Shown piece by piece: positions 1-14,699 of a stretch of DNA of 64,000 nucleotides. The notes beneath the pieces were generated by a model that had not been told where the DNA came from, did not search any database, and saw only the letters and a list, made by a program, of their open reading frames with translations. Position 1 is the stretch's first letter. Every line of letters begins with the position of its first letter. This DNA comes from the human T2T-CHM13v2.0 reference genome, Homo sapiens. A program made the position numbers and the translations under genes. Where the stretch lies: assembly GCF_009914755.1 (NCBI RefSeq), contig NC_060939.1. The stretch is one strand, 5' to 3'.

Positions 1-429
1 CAGAGACAAACCATATCAGTAGTTAAACATAATTTTGAAAAAGAAAACAGGAATTGTACATTATGTAAAATAAGGTTCTATGAGGCTATAAAAGAGACGA
101 AAATGATGAGGAAAGGAAATTATAATCAGTAAAACAGAATTATGAAATATGACTGAGAGATAAAGACACTGTAATTCAGAGATAAAGAGACATGTATTTT
201 ACTAAGTTCCCCCAAAATACACAATTAATACTGCAAGTTTGTGCACAGCAAACCATAAAGTCACCTAGAAGCTTTCACTTTCAGTCAATGAATGTAGTAA
301 ATACATTTTTGCCAGGAAAAAAAAAAATGCTGAACAGATAACTCCTTATCTATTTACCACTCACTATCTATGTGGCACCCACAGACTTTTTTGTAAGATG
401 ATGTCCCTCTGTCAATAACTAATTGGTTC

Positions 430-790
430 AATACTGGGTGCCCCAAGCTGGTTCAATAGTGGGTATTCTGTTTCTCAGAAATTTGAAATTGGAACTAAAG
501 GATTTCAATTTCAAGCTAAAATGGACACTTCAACAGAGAGATATAATCTTGGAAACCACAGAGCAGCCATATTTTTTACCATGTGATCTGGGGATCTGGG
601 AAAACCTGTCTATTCAAAGAAAATGGAAAGGATAAGCAAAGAGAAGCAGTGATGAGAAATAAGAATTTTTTGAAAGTGCTCCAATCCCTGGTCCCAGTTT
701 CATTAAATTTTTTTCTGTCCTTGAAACTTTTTGAATCTTAAACTAGCTTAACTTTGTTTCTGTCATTTGTAGCCCAAGACTCAATTAATA
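430..790 (+). mobile_element. Degenerate MLT1-type MaLR LTR fragment
   Basis: 3' end tttgtttctgtcatttgtagcccaagactcaattaata resembles old MLT1 termini. Confidence 0.45.
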
Positions 791-2122
791 TATTACTCAA
801 AGGCATATTAGGCATATAATAAATATGAACTAGAATTATAGCCAGAACTTATTTTCATAATCTTTTGCAGGGATGAGTCTATATCTTTCTCATGTTTAAA
901 TTTTTCTGAATAATCATAAAAAATACCTACCCAAGAGCAAATATTTAGAAAGTTCTCTGCAACATAATGTTAAGTAAAAAAATACCCTAAGGCATACAAC
1001 AGTGTATACAGAATAAGATCTCTTTTGTCTAATAATAAAAGGTTAGATATTAAACCATTTTTTCTGGAACAGTATACAGAAACTATAAAGTATTTTGCCT
1101 TAGGAGGATAGAGAACAAAATTCTCTACCTTCATGTGCCGTTTTATTTGTCTAATAATGTACTTTTAAAAGGAATATTAATAAGAGTTACCTGGATTATA
1201 CATTTTTTAATGTTTTATACATTTTTCTGTACTAAAAATCTATAATGATTACTTTTTAAAAGTATCAAAAAGAAACTATTTTTAACAAACAGCTAAACAA
1301 AACTATTTAATATGCATAAGCCCAGAAGAAAACCCTTTATGTAGAAGAGGCACCCAAATGTAAAGAAAACACCCCAAGGCTACAAGACTATTTGAGCAAT
1401 TATCTTCTTACTTGGCCTAAATCTCTTCCAGGCTCACCAGCTCTTTTTCAACTGCACTTCAATCATTGGGTTAATTTGTACTTCACTTACACAGTAAAGT
1501 CTGAGATTCCTGTGGCTCTTTCTTACTCTTCCTAAAGGAAGAAAGGAAGGAAGGAAAGAAAAAAAGAAAAACAAATAAGAAGACAGGCTGAATTGTCAGT
1601 CATAAAGAGAGGTTTGTAGTAGACCAAATGAATGTGAGTAACTAATACATGAACTATACTCCACCAATATAAAACATAATACCTTCAGTCTATTTGACCA
1701 AAAAATGAACAGTTATGAATTGCTATGTTTTTAAGCCATATGTGTGTGACCACATAAAGCCATATAATGACAGCAATCTGCTGTGCCAAATTTCTTTAGG
1801 TCCATGATTATACAAAAGAATATTTTCTTGCAGTAAATTCATGTGTGCGATTCATTCATGCTATTTTACTTAGAATTTCTCTTTTCTGAGATAGCCTCCT
1901 GGGACATGCATCTCATTTTCATGAGGGTCCCTGAGAGACTTGAGCATACAGTATTTACTTCACTACAATATCAACAACATATTGCAGAACATTTCATCTA
2001 AAATAATAATAGAAAATGTTGAGCCATCTTTCCGTTTGGAAAATTATATCTGGAAGAATGTGATGTCTGACGAAAGCCACATTGCTTAAACACATTGTGC
2101 CATCTCAGCTTGCTTTGGGAAT

Positions 2123-2489
2123 TGTCTTAGTCCGTTTTCTGCTGCTATAAGAGAATATCACAGACTGGGTGATTTATAAAGAACAGAAGTTTATTCAGCT
2201 CAAGGTTCTGGAGGCTGAGAAGTCCAAGAGCATGGTGTTGGAATCTGGTGAGGGTCATCTCATGGCAGAAGACACCATGTGGCAAGGAAATACATGAGAA
2301 ACAGAGATAAAATGGGGACTAAACTTACCCTTTTATCACAAGTCTATTCCCATGATAATAGCATTAATCCATTCTTGAGGGCAGAGCCCTCACAATATAA
2401 TCACCTCTTAAAGGCCTCACCTCCCAATATCATTACATTGGCAATTAAACTTCAACATGAGTTTTGGAGAGGACATTCAAACACTAGCA
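2123..2489 (-). mobile_element. MST-family MaLR solo LTR
   Basis: tgtcttagtccgttt...gaagtccaagagcatggtg...ggacattcaaacactagca; near-TSD ggaat/gaaat. Confidence 0.85.
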
Positions 2490-2840
2490 GAAATTTAAAG
2501 AGAAATACACACACACACATATAACATAAATAATGTTAAATAATGGATGGAAGGATAAAGACAAGTAAAAAATTATACAATAAGGACAAAAAAGTTAATG
2601 AACGCCTACATAAAGTACCTGGCACAGAGTAAACACGAGCACCATCAGGTTAGCTGGCAACCTGGCTTGCCCAACAATAAAACAACTGGATTTGTATATA
2701 AGGAAAAATTTTCTACAATGGAGACTGTTAGTGAAATCACTGTCATAAACCAAATTCTGTTAAGTTATTCTCATGAATACTTCCTTAGTGGCACTGTCGG
2801 TTAATCATCTGACCTGCCATGGTTAACACAAATATAAGGT

Positions 2841-2880
2841 TATATTATTCAGGTTCTCCAGAGAATCAGAACCAATAGGT

Positions 2881-2925
<45 letters not shown>

Positions 2926-3684
2926 TTCTCTCTCTCGATATATATATCGATATATAGATTTATGTCTATATAGATCTCATATATAGAACTATAGATCTAA
3001 AAAGAGATTTATGTGTATGTATATACACACATATAAATATCTTTATATATGTAGATGTATATCTAGATATATTAATTTACATGTATGTATACACATATAA
3101 ATATATGTATAGACATATTTTTATATATATTTATGTGTGTATAAAGATATATGTATCTATATATCTTATATATTACTATAAATCTATATGTATATGTGTG
3201 TGTATATATATACACGTACATATATATATCTCTTATATGTATCTATAGAACTATAGCTCTAAAAAGAGACAGAGAGAGAGAGGAAGAGATTTATTATAAG
3301 GTATTGGCTCATGTAATTATGAAAGCTGAGAAGTCCCATAATCTGCTGTCTGCAAGCTGGAGACCCAAGAAAGCAAGTGGATTAGTTTGAAGGCTTAAGA
3401 GCCAGAGAGCCAGTGGTGTAGATTCCAGTCCAAGTCTCAATGCCTGAGAATTAGGAGTGCTGAGGGCAGGAGAAGATTTATGTTCCAGCTCCAGCAGACA
3501 GGCAGAGAGGAGGAATTCTGCTTTCACATTTTTGTTCTATTAAGGCCTCCAACACATTGCGGGGAGGGCAATGTGCTTTACTCCGTTTACAAATTCAAAT
3601 GCTAATCTCTTCTGGAAACACTCTCACGGACACACCCAGAAATAATGTTTAACTAGATATATGGGCATGAAATTCACTATCACA
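2841..3684 (-). mobile_element. MLT2 (ERVL) LTR with an internal expanded (CA)n/(TA)n/(GA)n tract
   Basis: ggttctccagagaatcagaaccaatagg...gagatttattataaggtattggctcatg...acacacccagaaataatg. Confidence 0.85.
2883..2922. repeat. (CA)n microsatellite, about 20 units
   Basis: Read directly from the sequence. Confidence 0.95.
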
Positions 3685-3969
3685 GAGGACAATAAAGGAA
3701 GATTATTCATTTACCTGTTATGTGATTCATGTTTTTCATTCAGCCATGAGAATATCTACCAGCTAACAAATGAAAACTATATATCATATAAGTGCTAGAC
3801 GGTAATCCATAAAGCTTCACTGGTAATTGGTAATAATAATCTATAGTAATAAGAGTGTCTAATATTCAGAAACATTTTCCTTTCCCAAAGGATTATTTTC
3901 ACTGGCCACCACGGACTGAGATTTTCAAGTTTGGAAGCATTATAACCATGATTGAGCTGTTAAATAAAT

Positions 3970-4210
3970 GCATGCTCTCTGCCAGGTATTTAACATGTTT
4001 ACCTTATTTAATCTTCACTTTAACTTCATAAGGTATGCTTTTCTATTTTTTATTCCTATTTTGATTTTTGATTTTACAAATAAGAAATCTTGAGTACAGA
4101 GAGATTAAATAACTTGTTCAAGAACACAGAACTACTAAGTGCCATATGGCACCAGGGTCAGAACTCTGGCAGGTTAGCTCCAGAGTCTGGGCTTGTAACT
4201 GCTACACTAA
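3970..4210 (-). mobile_element. MIR SINE
   Basis: Core-like ttttacaaataagaaatcttgagtacagagagattaaataacttgttcaag. Confidence 0.7.
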
Positions 4211-5289
4211 AACATCAGAGCAAAGGTATAGAAAAAAAAGAAAAATAAGTTCCAGTATTTTGGTTTACTAGACACAAGACAGAATGTTACAAATATACAG
4301 CCAAATGTACAAATTACTTTGATTTGATTTTTATTGCTATCTTTTACATTTAAAAAAGATAGTGCCATTTCCTACCATAAAAAGGCCACTACCTTTAAAC
4401 TATTTGTCCAAGGGTAGTACATTCATGCTAATCCACCAACATTCTCTCATTTGCAATCAAAATAAAGCACATTTGAGATGGTTCTCCTTGGTCAGAAATT
4501 GAATTTATAGTCACAAACAAAAGCTAATTGGATCATTTATTGTTTCTAAATAAGTTAAACTGCCACAAATATTAAATGAGTGTATTGTATGAAGTGTGTA
4601 AGCAAACATCCACCCACAAAAGAATTATACTTCACAAATCTATTATAATTGATGGTTAGATTCCGTAGGCTAACTACTGAGCTAGTGAGAACCTTTACAT
4701 ATGCTTGTAATGAAAAAGAGCAGAAAGCAGTAGTTAAAATCTTAGTAATGAAACAACAATAACAAAAATAATTGCATTTAAAATGAGCAGAAAAAGCTTT
4801 TATCTCAAATACATAATACTTGAAGAAAAAGAGGTTTAACAGGAGAAAGATGAGGAAGTAGAATGGGACATTCAGAGATACCAGAATGGTCATTTCAGGC
4901 ATTTTTAAGAATCTTGAAGATTAGGTTCAACCATTCTGTAATTTTAGAGATTAAAGAATTCACCTCTGTTTATTAATATGGAAACTGAGGGTCATGATTC
5001 TTCATTATATCTAATTTCACTTCCAAACAATGTGTTGCTATCAAGAGCATGTGAACTGGTTTGGTGTAGGAAGAGGGTTGTTGGGATGGGGGTTAGAATA
5101 ATGGTTTAGGAATGACAGCAGGGAGAGCGACTATGCACCTAGCATATAAACGGGCAAATAACAAAGTCATATTGTGGAAAACTAATTTTTGTTGCTCCTG
5201 CTGTATTTTTTGAGTCTGGGACAAAAATGTACTATTCTTCATTTAATCTTCTATTTTAAAATTAAAGACTTATATCCCAGCACGTACAA

Positions 5290-5540
5290 TATAGCCTTCC
5301 AGAGCAGACTCTGGAACCAACTGCCCAGATTCAAATCATGATTCCACCATTTATTAGCTATGTGGCCTTTATCTTCCTAGTTATCTTTCTGTATCTTACT
5401 TAGTCTCCTTATCTGTAAAAGAGTGGGATAAAATAGTATTATGAGAATTATTTTAAGGGCTGTGTTAACACATGTAAATCACTTGCAATAGCACCTACAA
5501 TATTTTAATTGCTTAAAAAATTGCCTTTAGTTATTATTAC
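5290..5540 (+). mobile_element. MIR SINE
   Basis: ttcaaatcatgattccaccatttattagctatgtggcc...atctgtaaaa. Confidence 0.7.
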
Positions 5541-6428
5541 TATTTAATATTACTGCCATTAATACTACCATATGACTAGTCCTAACCATCTATCATCTGA
5601 GACATACTTTCTAATGATTCTGAATAGCTCCAAATAACACTTTGTATAATCCACAGTTTAACTTTTTGTACATACTCACTGTTTTCAAGTATCAAACTTC
5701 AAAATATCAAAGCAAAGTATCTAGAGGAGTCATTTCTATTATTAACTGAAAACAAATTAGACAACAATAACCTGCCTACTTGGCAAAAATTAAAGAAATA
5801 AAGATTACATTAAAATTACTCAAGTGCTGATGACTATAAACACCTGGATCTTTAGAATATTAGGTGGCTGAATTTTTTACTTTTTCAATGAAATTCACCC
5901 TTCAAAGTAATTTTCCCAGTTTTCTCTAAATCATTCCTTTCAAATTTCATAGAAACTAAGAAACAACACAAAACTTCAATTGAACAATTGTTCAATATGA
6001 ACAAAATTTTTATTTTCCACTATTTACTATATCAAAACTATCAATCAATACATCCTATCAACTTTTCTCCATGGTTAACACTTAAACTGTGTGTGAATTT
6101 CAAAGTCCACTCATGATTTTTTTTTTAAAAAAAAACTTGCTTAACAAATGAACAATAAATGAGTTACCTCAATTTGGAAAAAGGGTTTATAAAAAGCCTA
6201 CAGCAAGTACCATACTTATTGGTAAAATATTACAGGCTTTCACCCTAAAATCAGGAAAAAAATGTCATTATTCACTGGTGATGTGATCATGTGTGTAGAA
6301 AAGCCAAAACAATTAATAGATACACTTTTAAAAGTAATAAGTGAAGTAGCAAGGCCACTGTATACAAGGTCAAGATTCAAAATTCAAATTGTATTCCTAT
6401 ATGTCACCAATATAATTTGATAGTATTA

Positions 6429-6821
6429 TGTTACAGGTTCTACTGTGTCCCCTCAAAATTCATATGTTGAAGTTCTAAACTCCAGTACCTCAGATGGTGA
6501 CTGTATTTGGAGATAAGACCTTTAAAGTGGTATTTATGTAAAATTAAGTCACATGTGTGGGCTCTTATCCAATATGTCCGGTATCCTTATAATTATGAAG
6601 AGGAGATTATAACACAGACATTGTTCGCAGATACAAAGGAACACTGTTTAAAGACTTAGGGAGAAGAGGGTTATCTACAAGTTAAGAAGAGAGGCCTCAG
6701 AATGAAACCAATCCTACAGAAAACTTGATCTTGGACGCTCCAGAAGTGTGAGGAAATAAATTTGTTATCTGAGCCACTCAGTTTGTGGTACTTTGTTATG
6801 GTAGCCCTAGCAAATAATACA
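6429..6821 (+). mobile_element. MLT1A/B-type MaLR solo LTR
   Basis: tgtgtcccctcaaaattcatatgttgaag...tgtggtactttgttatggtagccctagcaaataataca. Confidence 0.85.
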
Positions 6822-7537
6822 TACTGGCACTAGCATCAAAAAACACTCAGACATAATTTTAAAGACACATGTGCATGACTTCTACACAGGAAATGCCAAA
6901 ATATTATACAAAGGAAATAAAGAAGGCCCAAATAAATGGAGGAATGTACTAGATCCACAGACAGAAGACTCAATATTCTGATGATGTCAATTCTCAAATG
7001 AATCTATAGATTCAGTATAATCCCGCTCAAAATCCCAGCAGATTATTTTTGTAGAAACTGGCAACTTGATCCTAATAGTTATGGCACTCTTAAAAAGGAA
7101 TTACATTGGAGAAATTACACTACCAGACAGCAAGATTTATTATAAAGCTGCACTAATTTAAAAAGTTTTCTAATGGCCTAAGAAGAAACAAATTAACTTA
7201 TGGAATAGAATAAAGAGTTCAGAAACAGATCCACACATATATAGTAACTTGATTTATGACAAAGATGAGAACATGGTATAGTGGAATCTCTTCAATATAT
7301 GATACTGAGACAAATGGATATCCCTATGGGGAAAAAAATGAATCCTTACTCTTAGCTCACATCATACACAAATCAATTTCAAGTATATATCAAATGTGTA
7401 AGTAAACAATAGCTTCTAAAAGATAGTACAGGAGAGTATCTTCATGACTTTGTGATACAGAAAGATTCCTTAAACACAGTATAAAATGCCTTATCTAATT
7501 ACTTAGAAAAAATTGATAACTTGAATTTATTTTTCTA

Positions 7538-7951
<414 letters not shown>

Positions 7952-10185
7952 TCTACCAATGAATATGAGAGAGATAAAGAGAACCAAATAGAAAAATGAG
8001 CAACAGACTTGACCAGGGATGACTCAGAAAAAATATGAAAATGGTCAGTAAACATGTGAAAAAAATTTTCAATCTCATCAGAGAAATGCAAATTAAAACC
8101 ACAATGCATAACAGTACATAACACCAGAAGGACTTACTTCCTACTTCTCCAGCCATTCACATAATCACTCTCAACTTTTACTCTGGGCACTGCAGCAACA
8201 CTGGCTTTCTCTCAGCCTAATACTACCCACCAAGCTGCTCTCCCACCTGCCAGAGGTCTTTGCTTATGACTGTCTCTCAGACTGAAACTCTTTCTGGAAC
8301 TTATTCAGATGCTGCCTGTTTGGAGAAACCTCTTACACTGAAGCCCCTCTTTAAGAAAGGCTTTCCTAAACTTTAATCAGTTTAAATTCATTGTCATAGC
8401 CTCCTGTACTTTTCCTTTAGAGCATATTTCATAGCTGCAATTTTATGTTTTAGATAGTTTATTTGATTAATGTCTGTAGATACTAATAGCTAATTATATA
8501 ATTAATTAGTAATTATCAGACTAATTACTACGCTCCAAGCAGATGCTCACAAACAGTGCATCTCTTTTTGCTCCCCATTACATTCTTAGAAATGGTCATT
8601 GGGCCTGTCAAACAATAAGTAGTCAACAAATATTTGTTAAATAAATTAATATGAGAAATGGGTATTAGTGAACTTATTTTTAAAGTGAAATTTTTATTTG
8701 TCATATTGCTCAAGAATAAATTCCTAACTAGTTACCCATTCTGGAAACTAGCTTTAACACCAACATATAAAGTTATACAGCAGAGTTAGAATTGGCTCTG
8801 TTCTCTAAAATGTGTTCCTTTTTCATACAACAAGTTTCCTTGCCCTAAAAGGGTTAACCATAAGTTTTTAAAAATAGCCATATCCATAGTCGGAAGTTGA
8901 GAAAGCAAGAGTTCTATAACATGGTTGATTCACGACAAGTAAAAATATACCCTCTTTTAATCAGTCTCTGTATTATTGGGGAAGAAAAGGAAAAGAAAAA
9001 GACCACTTACTCTGTGAATCGATAAAAATGTCAAACAACCCTCAGGAAAATGGAGAGAAAAGAGGATGGTCCAAAATCATAGCTAAAAGTAATAAAACCA
9101 AGACACAAAAATAATCTAATTCAAATTTGTTTAGTTATTATCCAATGTCATTCCAAAACCATCTCCTAAAAGCAACAGATACTTAAAAGACAATATTCTA
9201 CTAACATTATCCAATAGTGTAAAAATAACGTAAGTACAAAAGTTTAGAAACACCAAATACATGAATTGATGATAACAAACCGAAAGATTCCATCTGTTAA
9301 AATAGTCGGTTATTGTTGACTCTTATTGAGCTACACTCTTCTTTTTTCAATACTAGAAGGAAGACTATGCAATATTAGTTAATCTGCAAGCCATCCCCTT
9401 TACTTTCAATAGGTTGAGCAGACTATTATGCACAGCACTATGCAAGTTCATATTTTAATAGTTGGCACCTTCTCTCCATTGAGTATAGAGACTTCCCTCA
9501 GTTCTGAAATTAAAAAACCCACAACCTTAATACTATCTCAAATGTTTCTCACCATGTCCCTGAGTGCCAGCCCTCAGAAAGGCTTGCTGTGAAACAGATC
9601 TAGAATGATAAAATGCTTAAAAACAACAACAGTATAATATTTCAGGTCCCTTGTTTATAACAAGTCATCAGCTTATACTGGTACTAGTTCTTACTCCCCT
9701 ATCTCTCCTTCACTGTTTCCTCCTTACTGTCAGTTTTAAAAATTAAATCACTTCTTGGGACAGAAAAATAAAGAATTCTCTTGTTCCTTTATTACCATAA
9801 AAAACAGATTTTTGCACAGATCATCACGTGGTTATCAAAGCATAAAGTTAAGGATATCCAGGATTCTTCCACTTCTTCCCCTCACCCCATCCCACACACC
9901 TCCCCCACTTCCCAGAAAGTTAAGAAATGGCCACCAGTGAGAAGTGTACATGCGTCCTTGTTGATGGGAATGGGAATAGACATATAATCCTTACTGATTC
10001 AAATATAATTCTAAACAACAGTCACGACCTTATATATTGTAACTTCTTCACAATGCCAAGTCTAATTACATTTTACCAATCCAAATAATGCAGCCCAAGT
10101 TATAAGTATTTCCTTTTAGTCTCTATTCATATAGCTTTTTTTACGTAGATGCCGTCAAAGTGTATATATAATTTTGTATCTTAAA

Positions 10186-10325
10186 CCGGGTGCAGCTGCT
10201 CAAGTCGGTAATCCCAGCTACTTGGGAGGCTGAGGTAGGAGAATTACTTGATGCCAGGACTTTGAGAACAGCCTGAGCAACACAGCAAGGCCTCATCTCT
10301 TAAAAAAAAAAAAAAAAAAAAAAAA
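10186..10325 (+). mobile_element. Alu monomer (FLAM-type)
   Basis: Single arm cccagctacttgggaggctgagg...cagcctgagcaacacagcaag followed by poly(A). Confidence 0.8.
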
Positions 10326-12122
10326 GTATCCCGTTATATATGTTAATATATAGGCCTTAGAATGTACTTAAGACTCCACAAGATTCCTTTTAATGGGATA
10401 ATTAGCCATTCCCACCATACTGCAACCTCCTAGAGTAGTGAGTTCCAGTAGCTGTTACTCCTTGAGAAAGCCAGTCTATACTTTTCCATTTTTCTAAATT
10501 TGTCTCTTGACTGGTCTAGAACACCAGATATTAAATAAACTTGTCCCTACTACTTATATTTCTTTCCACTTCCCTTTGCTCTTGACAAAGTTTCACTTGA
10601 GAAGTTATGACTAGAACCAAATAAATTATTCTAAGGTCAGGACTTTCAGAACTTCAGAAAGGAGGGATTCTTCCTTCCTTCTTTCCCCCCAGGTTCTTTT
10701 TCTGATGATTATGAGAGTTAATTAATCTTTTGGTTACAAATGCATTATTGGGCTGGTATTTGTATCTCCTCTGTCCTAGTCTACCAAATTTGGGGCAAGT
10801 ACGAATTTTATTCATTACACAGAATACAGAAATATCTCCATTCCCTATCCCACTCCTATGGAAATCTGGGGAAAGGTTTAGGCATGAAATAGGAATTTTT
10901 CCACTGTGTTTTGGGGAAAGGAGGAAGATAATGAGGGAAGAATTAAAAAAGATGGTTCCCTAGCTATTGCTATAGAGGGTCCAAGCCCCTAATGTCAACA
11001 GCATGCTTGTTATAACCAAAATCATTAGGACACCAACAAATAAACTTAAGTATTAAGGGAAATACTAGTTCCAGCAGCTAAGAGAAATAAGATTCATGGA
11101 TCTATCAGACACTTACTTTATCGCTTTCTGGCCACTGTGTTTGGCAGGCCTGCCAGTTGGGAATAGGTAGAGGTATCATGCTGGCAAGCTTCCCATTTAA
11201 CTCAGGAAGTAACTTGCTAATAGCGCAGCCAGGCCAGTAGAAGCAAGAATGAGGTTCCTGGCAGTACCATTCCCGTAACAACCAGTTTGCTAAAGAAATC
11301 ATCCAGTCTTCCAGGTGTCGACACAGACTGTGTTGATGTGGTTTTCCACAGTGCAAAGAGGTCAAGAAGTTGATGAGGTAAGAGGTGCAGCTTATGATCT
11401 TAAAGGAGGTGTCATATTTTTCTAAGTTTACTCCTATCATGAATGAGGAATATTTTGGTCCAAACCTTTAAGTAAGCCCTCCATTTATCCAAGATAATAA
11501 ATATATCAGTCCATGCTACAATATAATCAGTATCATAATCACTCTATATAATATTGATAGGATCTCACTTCAGGGAAATAGTGATGGGCTCTCCTTTGAT
11601 CAGAAGCTTCCTGTTCTAAGTCTTGAACCTTATACTTTTCACAAGCGGAATCACGCTGATACAGTCAATGAATGGGTTGTTGATGACTATACTCTCGCCT
11701 TGCAAATGTTTTCAGCAGACTAACAAGGAGCTCAATATGATCCAAGTCAATTTAATTTGACATTCACTACCTTTTCTCAGAACTGCATCTGCCTGGTGAT
11801 CAAGGAGAATGAGAGCACTAGGGCTATTTTTAAAAACAAGTATACATTGACTCAAGAATCCTTTTTGTGATTTGAATAATAACACAACCTATTTTTCTAC
11901 AAGCAGTATGGGTTATTTTACCATATACTTGTTGACATGAAAGCTAAACTACTTTTTTGTTCACTGGCATTTATTTATTCATTTGACAAATAACAGGGCT
12001 ACCCAAATATGGGCAAGACAACATGGCCACTCACGTGATATCTTCCATAATTTTGTTTCTATTAGAAACACACTACAAGTCAGCAGATTTTAGTATGTGT
12101 TCCCTTTTTGTGATAATTATTC

Positions 12123-12399
12123 TGTTTTGTTGTTGTTGTTGTTGTTTTTGAGATAGAGTCTCACTCTGTCGCAGTGGCATAATCTTGGCTCACTGCAACC
12201 TCTGCCTCCCAGGTTCTCCCTCCTGAGTAGCTGGGATTACAGGCACCTGCCACCACGCCCAGCTAATTTTTGTATTTTTAGTAGAGATGGGGTTTCACCA
12301 TGTTGGCTAGGCTGGTCTTGAATTCCTGACCTCAGATGATCTACCCACCTCAGCCTCCCAAAGTGCTGGGACTACAGGCGTGAGCCACCGTGCCCGGCC
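12123..12399 (-). mobile_element. AluS with internal deletions in the right arm and a (GTT)n tail
   Basis: Reverse-oriented Alu ending ccaccgtgcccggcc. Confidence 0.95.
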
Positions 12400-14699
12400 A
12401 ATAATTAATTTTTAACATTAAAAGAATGGAACTATTTGATTATATATTTTATGAATTTCTCATTTCAGAAGATTGTTCATTTACTTCTTCCCTTTTTCCC
12501 ATCTCATCGAAATTTCTCTTTTCACAATATATTTCCCCTAATATCATAATGACAATCAGTAATAATAAGATACAGAAAAACATTAGAGACTTACTTTCAC
12601 ATTTATAGCACTTTCTATTAAAAATAATCTCTCTTATTAATATCTTGTTTCTTTCCTCTTTAGCAAAGTGATGCTCATGAATACCAGAGCAGTCCTCTTG
12701 TTAGATGAGTTTAGCTTAGTCAGACATTCAAGTAGTTCCCCAGACTGCCGACATGGGATCAACTTCTGACAAGTATAACTTTTTCTAGGAATCTTCATTA
12801 TGTTTCCATAAAAGATGAAAACCACAGAAAAACTAATTGCATATTACAACTTTTCTTCAACTTCCTGGTAATAAAGGCTTGGTCTCTGTTATACAAAGAA
12901 CTTAAAGAAAAATTTTAGGAGTCATTGAGTTTATTTGAGTATTGGAAAGTCAGTACAGTTATTTGTTTCTTTGTTTTTTAATAAGTAGGGCAAATATGTT
13001 ACTAAAAAGTTAACCATAAAACAAAAATCTGGTCATATTTTTGTTCATTAAGAAACTTCAGAAACTTAAAATATGATATTTAATAATTATTACCTTTCTA
13101 GAGAAAATGTAGAAGGTCATTCTGATTTTCATTTTGTTCATGTACTTTTAAGTGTTGCTATATTTTAAAATGGTTCCCACAGTTTTTCTAAGCAGGGTAA
13201 AAAGGACTACTTAATGGATCAGAGCAGTTCTCAACCCTGATCTTAACTCATCCAATTTAAGTTTAGCACATACCATTCCCAAGGGAAGTTCAATTTTTAT
13301 CACCTAGGTAGTAGATGTTAGCAACTTGACTTAAATCTCTGTGATAAATGACCTAGAATTATGATGCTTTAGTTTTTCTAACTGGAAAACAATAAAATTG
13401 ATGGCTTAAAAATGCTCAGAATATGGGGAAAAATAAAACTTATTTCTTCAACATCTGTTTATACAAGTTGATCCTTAATTTTTACTGCTATTCTGGACTT
13501 CTCTATATTTATAATTAAGATGTGGCCATTATTACATCGGCACCCAGACATCACAGGAATATGTACATTGTAAATGAAGTACTCTGAGTTGAAAATTTTT
13601 GAAGTTGGGAGATGGCTACTGAGGATTCATAATGCTATTCTATTCTCCTTTTATAAGTGTTAAAATTTTCTCAAAGGCTAAAAAAAGAAAAAAGAAAGAA
13701 AGAAAAAATAAGCAAAGTGAGATAAAACAAAACAAAATACCACAAGAATCACTACATTACTACTGCCAACCACTGTTGCCCCATTGACAAATAATCTCCC
13801 ATTCAGAGTTCTGTTTGTTTTATATTGATGAATCTAAACTATAAGCATTCCACTTCTCATCAATTAAAGAATAGTAAGTAGTTAACACTGGAGCATTTAT
13901 TAATGCTTTGTAATATATATTAACATGAACCAAGTGGTAGTATTTTAAAGATTATTCTTAATAATTAAAACAGAAAATAGCTTTTTAAATTACATACAGA
14001 AAAACATTTAAAGAGGAATATCTGAAAAATCTAAAAAAGCTAACTGGAGTAATTCTTGAAGCAACTTATATGCAATAAAGAAAAATTGCAACAATATGTT
14101 ACACAGTTATTTAACTTATTTGTTAAGATCTCACTTTGTTTTCAATTCATTTAAGTAGGAACCTAGATGCTTACTTCTACTTAGCACAATTATTAATACT
14201 AGAGTGGGAGGACTATTGGATTCTATGTATTGTTTTCTGGCATGGTATTTTTTCATCACTGATTATATATATTTATATATAATTATATATATAAATATAT
14301 ATATACACACACACATACACACACACCAGTGTGCCTGGCTTCACTGATATATTTAAGTGACCATCATAAAGTGACTGCATCATTTGTTATTTCTTGTCCA
14401 GAAAAAAGTCCTTGAACAGCTGTATTTATTTAAATTCATATTAATTTTGTATCCTCCCCTCTGAAATATGGAAGGTTAGTTCTTATAGAAATTTAATTTA
14501 GCAACTGTTGCCTGCTATGATTCCTAGAATGCTTTATTTATATATTCCATAATAAAATATACTGTTACATACCTTTGTTATAAGTAAATAAGTAATCTGC
14601 TTCCTAAAAAGTGATCTCACCTACCAAACATAATTACTTTACATTTCAATTTAACTGAAGTTAAATTTTAAAAAGACCATCCCCTTTTCACATTTCTGA

